Source: Carcharhinus longimanus
Taxonomy: Eukaryota
Length of the DNA: 64,000 bases
Assembly: GCA_030264375.1 (NCBI GenBank)
Contig: JASCQW010000133.1
Location: 36,936,409-37,000,408 of the forward strand
Direction of reading: 5' to 3'
The notes beneath the pieces were generated by a model, which had not been told where the DNA came from, did no database searches, and saw only the letters and a program-made list of their open reading frames with translations. Positions 26,707-37,439 of the stretch are shown here, piece by piece. The stretch's first letter is position 1, and the number at the start of each line of letters is the position of its first letter. Both the position numbers and the translations under genes were made by a program.

Positions 26707-27168
26707 TGGTATGGAGGGCATTAGCTATGAGGAGAGGTTGGAGAAACTTGGTTTGTTCTCACTGGAATGACAGAGGTTGAGGGACGACCTGATAGAAGGC
26801 TGCAAGATTATGAGAGGCATGGACAGAGTGGATAGTCAGAAGCTTTTTCCCAGGATGGAAGAGTCAATCATTAGGGGGCACAGGTTTAAGGTGCGAGGGG
26901 CAAGGTTTAAAGGAGATGTATGAGGCAGAGTTTGTACACAGGGGATGGTGGGTGCCTGGAACTCGTTGCGGGCGGGGGGGGTTAATGGAAGCACATATGG
27001 TGTGACTTTTAAGCGGCGTCCAGACAAAAACATGAATAGGATGGGAATAGAGGGATATGGTACCCGGTGAGGAAAGGGGTTTTAATTAAGTCGGGCGGCA
27101 TGGTCGGTGCAGGTTTGGAGGGCCGAAGGGCCTGTTCCTGTGCTGTAATTTTCTTTGTTCTTTGTTTA
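26707..27168 (+). mobile_element. CR1 LINE 3' end
   Basis: Typical CR1 3' sequence ending gggccgaagggcctgttcctgtgctgt...ttctttgttctttg. Confidence 0.85.
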
Positions 27169-27479
27169 GATGCTATAATAGTTGCAAGTTTCTGTAGACA
27201 TGCTGGATGGGCTAACGCTCTCCCTTGTCATATATCTGTGTGATTTTAGTTAATCTATTCCAAATATGAACAATCTGAATTCCTTGATTTAACAATTCAC
27301 TTTCTGACATCTGTTATTCTATCTATACACCGTCACCATTCATACCCTTCAGTTGGCTTGCTACTAACTGCTGGCTTCCCTTTGCTATCTACATAAACCA
27401 TCAGAAATCCTGAATGATTACATCTTGTAACTCATTGACCGTTGCATGTCCATTCTCGCACTAATTGTGCAATAGCAAT

Positions 27480-28620
27480 ATCTTATTCTGGTAAGTAGAT
27501 GATTATGTACGTGAGAGGCAGATATTCTTGTCCTTGCAAATAGGCATAAAGGATCATCTGGCGCAGGACCATGTCAGACAATGTCGCAAACGTTTTTCAG
27601 ATCACGGTGGACCTCCAGGACTGGCATCACCGGATGACAATGAGGAATTTGGAACTTATTTCAGCCACTCCTCCATCCCATGGAATGACCCGGAGGCCAG
27701 TGGGCACCCTGATAGAGGAGAAAGTGCTGAAGCCCATCGTGTTGCCTTCCACCAGGGAGACCCTGGCAAGCTCCAGCACTTCTGAATCCCCGCCCAACAC
27801 CAACGCTCCTACTGGGATTCGGGAAGAACAGAGTGATATGGCAACACCTTGGTACCTAAATGTCAGCCAGGCCCCTCCAGGCTGAGGCCCTCCAGAAGCC
27901 GCCTACTGAGAGCATCACTGGCCAAAGGGCATGGAAAGCAGCAGGCTGCCCCTACTTCTGGTGCAGTCTGGGGGTCACCTAGAAGGAGGACATGTAGTTT
28001 GAAGAAATTCTAGAAGCACTGAGTTGGAACAGGTAAAGTTTCACAATGTTAATTAGGGAGAAGGGGCATCAAATGTTTAAATCCACTATTAAAACCTGTT
28101 TCACTCTTAGTCTGAGTACCTTTCACTGTGTGCGGTCACCCTCATTAGTGAGGGATGAGGGTGGGTGGCTCTTCTGTGTCCAGCTCTGACCTTATCTTTC
28201 CACTAGCTCTGCAGACTTACGCTGAAGTAGAAGGCTATGTGAGCCAGAGTAACACACATCCCAGTTAACAACTAAACAGCTCAGTCCAATTTCCTCTCCC
28301 TTCCCTGAACTCCCCCCACACCCAACCCACAACAACCACCCCCCCCGCCGCCGCCTCACCTCACCTAACCTAACCACTCTACTCCCACCTTACCCTACGA
28401 CAACCACCCCCCAGCCCCGTCTTACCTCCCTCAACCATCCTACCCCCACCTCACCGGCCAGCCCCAACCAACTCACCTGAATTGAATAAACACCCCGCCC
28501 CGGGAGGGTAATAAATTTCGCTCTTTGTGCGCTCACAACTGGTTTTCTGTCGGTATACTCCGCAAATCTGCTCCGACCACAGCCACGCTGAATCTGCCCA
28601 GGCCAGCGATTCATGTCGGC
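27480..28620 (+). mobile_element. Possible Harbinger-type DNA transposon remnant (P/S/T-rich accessory ORF tail and TIR-like end)
   Basis: Low-complexity ORF 27571-27885, a C-rich spacer and a terminus gctgaatctgccc. The family assignment is by resemblance only. Confidence 0.3.
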
Positions 28621-30420
28621 GCAGGCTTTCAGAGCGGGCGGCAGGAACCCTGGCTGATTCATCATCCCTGGTGCTGTCATAGAATTAACACTCAATGTAG
28701 TATTTTTTAATGGTAAAACCTCTTGCAGAAATGAGACTTTCCATTAATTTAGAATGTGTGGACCTGTTTTAAGCCGAAAATCTAAATGCGGTAATGGCCA
28801 TTTCATTTCCAATCCGCAGATAGTATTATTAATGCGGACTGGCCATTTGGCGATGTCTCTGTGGAACCGCATCCTAATATTAGGCAGTGGACTGGAAGGG
28901 GATGGAATAAAGGAAAGGACGTTGGGGGTAAAATCCTCTGGATGATGAAAGGTTACATTGCCTATTACTATACCTTCCTCTGCCCGTCACTATCATCTCG
29001 GTGCCCACTGAATGGAACTTCCTCCACAGTAATTCGTTCTCCTTAACCAGCCTGATGAATGGGACCACCCGGGTGGCCGCCGGATCCTGGCCCTCCATGG
29101 GAGAGGAGGGGAAAATCCACGCTGCGATATGTCGACTTCAGAAAAAGTTTGCAATGAGAAGTTCCCAAGCATCGAGTTCACCGATCCTTCCGATTGCAAT
29201 CACTAAATATCTGATCATCCCGCACCAGTGGAAAAAAAAGATTAATCCTTGTCAGTGGTTAAAACTATCTTTTGTACAATTTAATCCTTTGATTTTTTCA
29301 TCGCGAGATATTTTTTCTATTGATATGTCAAAACCAGGGATACCAGGTTGAGTCCCCGTCCAACGAGGTGTCAGTTACCAAAAACTGCTCACACTCGGGA
29401 TAAAAGGAGCAGATGTAGTGGAGGAGTTAGATGTTGTTATTAAAGACAGTCTAAATTCACACTTTCATCTTCAAGAGAGAGACTGAAGGGTTGCTGATCC
29501 ACTGCCTCGGCATAGCTGAGTGCTGCTGTTGTCTCCTGTTACTCCTTTATCTAACCTCTAGATCGCCTCTCCCGGGCTGCTTTGAGCCTCAGTGTATCTG
29601 TCGCTCTATCTTGGCAGCTTTGTATCTTGCTCCGGCTCTGATCTCCACTCTGTCCCTGGGCTGCGATCCGATCCGCTTTCGTTCCCCGCCTGGAACTGCT
29701 GATCTGATCTCTCTCTATATACAAGACTGGTTTATCCGTCCATCCCTGACTCACCTCTCTCTCTCTTTCTAAAATTTCCTTTATTTCCCATTTGACAAGA
29801 TCTCTTCCGGAAGGACGGTCATCCTTCTTTTCCAGGCTGAACACCGTCGTTTCAGGTTTGCTGTGGTCCAAATATCCTTCTTGATTATTCTTGTTATCAA
29901 ACCTCACCGTCTTTTTCTCTGTAGTTCCATCGTTTCTCCCCGTGCCGTTTTTATCCCTTTCCCTTCACTGTTCTGTCTCCAGTTTGTTGCCTTTTACTTA
30001 GTCATGGAGAGAAAAAAAATGCAGCAACCGAGGCGGCGTGAAGCTTCATCCGTCATCCAGTCTCGCCCTATTATTGTCATCAGGTCAATCACCAGATCAG
30101 AGAATGGAAAATAAACACTCATTTCAGCATCTGACATGTCATTTTCCTTTCTCACGCCGCAACTCCTGGCACCAGCAACATTTAACTGCATCTTCACCCA
30201 AACTCAAAATCATAGTCGTGTCAAGTAGCAGCTGGTGCCAGACAGCAATTCCCCCGCAAACAAACAGAAACCGGTATCTCATCGCTAACTCTCTGCTAAA
30301 GCGCCGTCATCATCCTTTGGATCCGTTTACTTCGCATTGGAAGATTGTTAAGAAATTCTAACATAAATTTCAGAACTTGTTCGTAGTAAGGATAACGGAG
30401 CGTTTTTTTATTAAAAACCT
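28480..30420 (-). promoter_or_regulatory. CpG-rich candidate promoter / 5'UTR region of the T-box gene
   Basis: CpG dinucleotides are visibly more frequent than in the CpG-depleted remainder of the window. The region spans coding exon 1 and has a strong donor GAG|gtgagt at 29755/29754, suggesting an upstream non-coding exon. Confidence 0.55.
28974..29098 (-). CDS. Divergent T-box transcription factor, first coding exon (MEGQDPAATRVVPFIRLVKENELLWRKFHSVGTEMIVTGRG+AG)
   Basis: The translation matches the T-domain start motif LWxxFxxxGTEMIxTxxGR. The ATG is in a ctcccATGG context with an in-frame TGA upstream. The exon ends GGA AG|gtatag, the conserved phase-2 T-box intron within GR|R. Confidence 0.9.
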
Positions 30421-32354
30421 TCAGAATCGAGGTTTGGCAGATCCACTAGTGATTTCTTAATGCAATTATTGAACAACCAATTACCCACATACACATTCTC
30501 TCTGTTAATTGCCTTCATTCGCAAAATTTATATTCTCTCATTCACGAGAACAGAAATGATTCGATTAGGCACTAAAAGTCTCATTTAGGCACTTAAATGA
30601 TCTGTTCCTATGGTCAAATGGCCCAGTTTCTTAAGAGGGAAAAAAAAATCAAAACAGTTCATATTCTGAAAATCTAAAATAAAAAACAGAAGCTGGAAAC
30701 ACTCGGTAGGACAGCCAGCGTCTGCGGTGAAAAGGTGCTAGGATTTATATTTCAGGTTGAATACTTCTCAGATTATTTTCATTTTAGATTGAAAATGTGG
30801 TAATGCAGCACATCATTGCAATATCCTAAAGGATTGCGTTCATGGAAGAAAAGTTTTATAAGCTTTGAAGAGGAGGAATTATTTATAGAATTCATTTTAA
30901 AACCTACTTGACTAGATGAGAGCATCAGAAAAAAATGCTGATAACACAAACGTGCGTGGTAAGTGAAGCTTGATATTTAAAGAGACTGAACAAGCTCACC
31001 AGTTTAACTATTGATTGACAGATTATAATTAAATATTGATAAATATAAAATAATGTGCAGTATCCACTCATATTTTCCAGTGGGTTCACTGGAGAATGGG
31101 AACCCTGACTGCTATTTCCGGTCTCTAGCCCTCAGACAATTAGCCCACTAATTGGAACACCTTATTGCTAATTTAGCTAAAATCAGCCAACTTCACAGAG
31201 CCCAGAGGCTGTATCTGCCTATCTCCACATTAAGCCTGTGGATTTACTAACTGAGCCATGAGGAAACTCCAAACTGACACATTGTGTAGAAAGTCTGGAA
31301 AAAGGGCCATTTGTCCCATCAAGCCCATTCTGAAGCTGTGATGGATTTCCCCCTAATTTAGTCTTTTGAGTGGTAAATAATCATAGGTACCACAAACTCT
31401 GAAATCCACCCTCCACTCTGCCAAGATTCCAAAATCAATTTAGTGAAAAAGCCCCATCAATCTTTATCAGTAAACCCTGACCTTCCTATTTCACACAGAG
31501 GGAAGAGTTGCTGTATTTACTTCTTGTTAGTGACATCACGGAGATATCTGGGGGATTTGGTATAATTGCTGTTTCTAGTAAATCATCAGGGTTTTCTAAA
31601 AGAATGTGTTTACAATTTTACTAGAAACAGTTACCATGGAAATAAATCCAATGTTTATGATTTCATTAACACAATGAGCAAAGGTAATCTTCCCCAGATA
31701 GTTCCAACAAAACTAGAGCCACAGTAACGATCCATGCCTATAATAACCCCTCCAACCTTCAATCTCATTCAGAATCAAACATCGTGTTCAGCTGCGTAAA
31801 GTCACACTCAATGGGAAATACTAAATTCTCTCAATCTCAATTTCTGCTTGTGCAATTTGCAACAATCTTCACCCATGTAGTCATTGGAAACCAATCAAGA
31901 AATTTCAGGTCAGTTAGATTCTGGAGAAACTGAACAAGTTAGCATTTTGGGTGTGACTCCCTTCATAACATTAGGCTTAATTGGCATATTGGTGCAAATT
32001 CAATATAGGACATACTGCACAATGTTCTTGCATGATCTTCATTCATCATCTTAAATATATCTGACTAATGCTTCCACTAATGGAACCTGTAACTAACAGT
32101 ATTTCACTCCATATTATACAGCTCAGACCGTTTTCTCCAGGTGTAGACCAGAAAGAAGAACAAAATTTATTTTGGTGCAACTTTATGTTATCCTCAGTTC
32201 GAGTAGATTTATTGTGGAAATTTAATGAGCCTACCATTGCACTTGACTAAATTCCGAGTGACAGCATTTTGTCTTGTATTTATCCAGGGTAAAAGGGAAG
32301 TTGTCAATTATTACTCAAACCGATAAGTTGATCCAGACCTCTTGTATTTTAAAG

Positions 32355-32665
32355 TAAAGTTTATTTATTAGCCTCAAGTAGGCTTACATTAACAATGCAA
32401 TGAAGTTACTGTGAAAATCCCCTAGTCACCACTCTCTGGCGCATGTTTGGCTGCATTAGGGGAGAATTTAGCATAGCCACAGCAATGTACCTAACCAGTA
32501 CGTCTTTTGGACTGTAGGAGGAAACCGGAACACCCGGAGGAAACCCATGCAAACATGGGGAGAACGTGCAAACTGACACAGATGGTGACCCGAGCAGGGA
32601 ATTGAACCCAGGCCCCTGGAGCTGTGAGGCAGCAGTGCTAACCACAGCCATGCTACCATGCTGCC
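32355..32665 (-). mobile_element. V-SINE
   Basis: Reverse complement of the tRNA head, V-core and tail seen at 13329 and 25795. Confidence 0.88.
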
Positions 32666-33804
32666 TACTTGTTATCCTACATAAATCTGTGTTATCAGCA
32701 AACTTCACAGAATAGCTTCTAATCCTCTTCAAGTTTATTAAAGTAGGTTGTGAAAATCAAAGTCCAAGCATTTATCTCTGGAGAGCTAGAACAGTCACTT
32801 CTCCCTAGCTGAAAGTACTCCCATTTATAATTACACTCTGCTTCCTGTTGTCTAGTCAATTTTCGATCCACTATTCTCTACTAATTTTCTGCGACCTTAT
32901 CTGACTAACAATATCTTGTGAAGTACTTTATCAAATACTCTTTGAAAGTGAAGATGCTGAATATCTATTGGATTGTTCCTATCTAATAACTTGGTCACAT
33001 CTGTGTAAAAATCCAGTAAATTAGGAAGATGTGATGTGCTTACAGTTATATGTGGACTTTCATTAATCATACTGCAATGAACTCTGTGTAATGGTGTATT
33101 ACTTGCTGTTCTTCTGGGAAATAATGGAAACTCTTCAGACAAACAATAGCTTGTTCAGCATTCTGAATGGCTCAATAGCTAAATACACCAACCAGTGTGC
33201 AACTGGGCTATGCAGATTAGAAAGTTGCCAAGTTTGATCTTTGGTGAGATAACTGATTTCAATTGAAGCGGTGATAAGGATACTGATTTTAATGCTTCTG
33301 GGATAGTGAATCATTAGCTTTGGGAGAGAGTTGAAGAATTTTAGATGTGTTGGGGGGGTGATGTAAAAGTATATTCTGATTCTGATAGTCAAGATTACAT
33401 AGAAAATTTATAGCGCAGAAAAAGGCCTTTCATGTTTGTGCTGGCCTCTTGGAAGCCGGAAGAGGGAAAATGTTTGGAAATAACTTAAAATACTTTCAGC
33501 CATGGATTTCATTACAGCTAAGCTTCATCTAACATCCACAGAAACCCACTTTCTAATTGGGTCACTGGATTGAGATCAGGAGCAGGAATCTTCCATCCTT
33601 AACCCAGAGGCAGAGGCCAGTTGTACAATTACCAATTAATATCTAATTTTGTTTTGGAAAACTCCGCAATATTTAATGACACTAAATGCAAAAGGTTTAA
33701 GGGAGATATTTTAACTATATATTGAGGCTGAAAGCTACTGTTGTTGATATTAACAATCATCACACAGATATGCACAGTTTTGACTATTTTACCTAATGGG
33801 GGAT

Positions 33805-34180
33805 ATTCTTGCTTCAGAAGGAGTGTGATATAGGTATACTAGACTTGCTCGTGGGATGCGAAGATTGTCCAATGAGAAGAAATGTTCTCTGGAGTTTAGT
33901 CTGAAGTGATTGTTGAAACATCTCAGAATAAGACTGAGATGGGAATTTTCTTCAGTCAAAGGATGTTGAATCTCTGAATTTTTTAACTACAAAGAATGTT
34001 GCTCAGTTACTGAGTATATTCAAGACAGAGAGTTCTATATTTATGGATATTAAGGGAATTAAGTGATTATATGGGACATTGGAGATGAGGTAGAAAATCA
34101 GCCATGATCTTGTTGAATGGCGGAGTAGACTTGAAAAGCCATATAGTCTACCCACGGTCCTAGTTCATACATTTATAATG
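33805..34180 (+). mobile_element. Old CR1 3' fragment
   Basis: aatcagccatgatcttgttgaatggcggag tail motif. Confidence 0.65.
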
Positions 34181-35272
34181 TGGTGTTTCAACAGAGGCAT
34201 TCTCCCATTTGTTATTTTAAATGGCTTAATACATCTGCTAATATATCCTACAAAACCCATAAATTGTTTGTTCCTTCAAGTAACAGTATTCTCTAGCCTT
34301 GCATGAGTGAAACAGTAATTGTAGTCCTTGATAAAGGAATTTCTTCACCTGCTGGCATGAACTGGGTATGGGTAGGCTCAAAGTGCAGCCAATATTGAGC
34401 ACCTCATTTAAATATAGTTGCAATTTTTGTGCCTCTATAGTGGTCCCAGCTAGGGTGGGCCAACTGTGCATAACTATGGGACTATGTGGTAGTGCTTTTA
34501 CCAATAGACATCAGAGAGCCAAAAACATTAAATATAACAAACTCAAATTAATAACAGACAAAATCTGAATCCTGGCAATATCACTGCAACCTCTATTTGT
34601 AAGCCAGATAAAATGCCTAACATATCATGTTACTTGCTGCTGGTTTAATTTCCTCTGTGCACTATTTTTAGCAGACTGGTTTAAATAGGTTAGCAACTGC
34701 AACATGTGGTGCAAACAGAAATTTGACAAGAACATGTTAACCAGTGTTGAAATGAAATCTCATGATGTGCATTACTCTCACGCCAAAACATATGAAAAGA
34801 AGTTCACCAGACTCCTTTACGTGGCAGTCTTTATTGTTTATGCATGTACCAACATATTGGAAAAAATCCAACCTGCATTATACAGATGGAAACAAGCAGC
34901 TCCTATATAGGTAATAGGAGCTCCTCTAAAGAACATCTGAAAGAAGATTCAGTAGGCAAACCACGTTGCGTGGTGTGATGCTAAACCTAACAGATCAGAA
35001 GGTGCTGAAGTTCAATCTGTAGTCTCTGCTCAATTCACCTATCTCAGCAGGAGAGGCAGTGAGATCACTATTATTCTTCTCAACAGCTTAGATTAAGGAA
35101 GAGAAAGAAAACTACATTTCCAATTCACCACTCTTCAGTGACTTCTCTAAAAAAAATGCCTGTGAACTGACCCAAGGTCGCGATTGTTCAAATTCATGTT
35201 GAAGAAGAAGGATATACCTTTAGCATGTGAACATACAAAATGAATACAGAACTTGGGGAAAAAAAGTTAGAT

Positions 35273-35735
35273 GAAGTTTATTAGTCACAAGTAAGGCTTA
35301 CGTTAACACTGCAATGAAGTTACTGTAAAGTTCCTCTAGTCGCCACTATCCGGCACCTGTTTGGGTCATTGCACCTAACCAGCATGTCTTTCAGAATGTG
35401 GGAGGAAACTGGAGCACCTGGAAGAAACCCACGCTAACATAGGGAGAACATGGANNNNNNNNNNNNNNNNNNNNNNNNNNNNNNNNNNNNNNNNNNNNNN
35501 NNNNNNNNNNNNNNNNNNNNNNNNNNNNNNNNNNNNNNNNNNNNNNNNNNNNNNATTGCACCTAACCAGCATGTCTTTCAGAATGTGGGAGGAAACTGGA
35601 GCACCTGGAAGAAACCCACGCAGACACAGAGAGAATGTGCAAATTCCACACAGACAGTGACCCAAGCTGGGAATTAAACCCGATTCCCTGGCGCTGTGAA
35701 GCAACAGTGCTAACCACTGTATTACTGTGCCAACC
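35273..35735 (-). mobile_element. V-SINE spanning an assembly gap
   Basis: V-core and tRNA head on the minus strand, with sequence duplicated on both sides of the N-run. Confidence 0.85.
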
Positions 35736-36829
35736 GGAAGCAACAGGGAATGTAGCTGTTAGATGAAAAAGGATAGAAAGTTTTAAGAAATACACAGAAT
35801 ACCAATCATAATGGAAGAAAGGCATACAGTGGGAAACAGAGAATTATGCTTTTCAAACCTGAAGATTGATGGTTAGTTAATCTCAGCTAGAGCAGCAACT
35901 GTGGCACAATTGATCTTAGTGTTCAGGGGCCAGAGTTCATATTTCTGGTCTCTATCCAATGATCTCTGCTGTATAATTTATCTGTGTGTACATCAAGTAG
36001 GAATGGAATTGTGTGATGCCCAGTAAGGTCAAATAGCTGACCAGTAGTTAATGTTTAAGTTTGCATTTGAAAGACCTCTTGGGTAAGATACCAGAGGGCA
36101 CTCGGATTTTCTGAACTGCAGCATGAATCAAGCACCTTTAGGAAAAGAGAAAAAAAATGAAGATGTGGAAGAGAAAATATGTGCTTTTTCCATTTTGGTC
36201 AACAGTGAATACAGAACCGCATTTAGATAGAAACAAGTCTGGCATTTCAACTTAGCCCATCAATCAGGCTCCTACTGATGATTAATCCAATGTCACTTTA
36301 TTTTAGTTTAATGCTATATAAAAAAAAGATTAAAAATTACTGGAGTGAATACATGGGAGATAATGCAGATTCTGTCTGGAAAACCAATAATCCTGATTAT
36401 TCTGTCTACTTGATGGTAAGGAGGCTTTTGCATTTCAGAGAAACTGACTGTTCATTTAACAAATGGCCTGATCCTGTAGCTAAAAGTCCATTAAACATTA
36501 GGACCTAATTGAAGAGAAGGCCATAGTTGACAAAAAGGGAAGCAATACAGACTGTAGCTGTTAGGCAGCTGGGAAGTATGCAGAGTAAGCATCCATTCAA
36601 GAGAGACTTTAATTACAGGAACTCACCCACATGCAATCCAAATATTAAGAGATGCTGAACCAAAGCAATTTAAAAAGCTGTGAGCACAAGTAGCTTTAAA
36701 ATTGCTTTTCAATCCCCCACTAATTTTCTATGCTCCTAAGGATACTGAATCATACTTGGGTACAGTTCCTGGGGCAACAGATACCCTACACATTGTCAGC
36801 TGAGCCTCTTTTGATATCACTCCCATCTG

Positions 36830-37232
36830 AATCAGATGTTTGTTTGTTGAAGTCCCACTCCTGGATTTGTACAAAATAAATGTAGGCTGACATCCTGCGC
36901 AGTATTGAGGAAGTACTTCACTGTCTGAGGGTCTGTCTTTCGGATAAAAGACCCCTTCTGCTCTCTCAGGTGAACATAAAAGATCCCACGGCACTATTTC
37001 AAGAAGGAACAGGGATTTATATTTGCTGCCCAGCCAGTATTTATTCCCTCAATAAATCTCACAGGAAGAGATTATCTGGTCACACTGCTGTTTGTGAGAG
37101 TTTGTTGTGTACAAAATGGCTGTCCCATTTCCTATATTACAATAATGACAGCACTTCAAAAAGTACTTCATTGACTGTGAAGCACTTGGAAATGTCTGGT
37201 GGTTGGGAAAGGCATTATATAAGTCCAAGCTA
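36830..37232 (+). mobile_element. Deu-domain SINE (SacSINE1/AmnSINE1-like)
   Basis: gcagtattgagg...ctgtctttcggat...ctctcaggtgaacataaaagatcccacggcactatttcaagaag matches the Deu core as I recall it. Confidence 0.7.
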
Positions 37233-37436
37233 AAGGCAAAATACTACGGATGCTGGAATCTGAAACAAAAGCAGAAAACGCTTGAAAATCTCAACCAGCC
37301 TGACAGCATCTGTGGAAAGAGAGGGAATAGAACTGATGTTTCAATTCAGGATCCTGACTCAAAATGTTAGTTTTATTTTCTCTCCATTGGTACTGTCAGA
37401 CCTGCTGAGATTTTCAAGCATTTTCTGTTTTTGTGT
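37232..37436. mobile_element. Penelope-like terminal fragment in an inverted (hairpin) arrangement
   Basis: aaaagcagaaaacgcttgaaaatctca...ctgacag is paired with ctgtcagacctgctgagattttcaagcattttctgttttt. The same motif occurs at 30680, 43700, 48510, 62050 and 63110. Confidence 0.55.
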
Positions 37437-37439
37437 GAT

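Noticed and set aside
29551-29907. 118-aa minus-strand ORF as an N-terminal coding exon of the T-box gene
   Set aside because: It begins with GTG with no in-frame ATG, and its phase-0 donor at 29755 joins out of frame to both candidate acceptors before ATG 29098. It is more likely UTR.
35368-35640. Apparent tandem duplication of a SINE segment
   Set aside because: Near-identical sequence on either side of a 100-N placeholder gap points to contig overlap.
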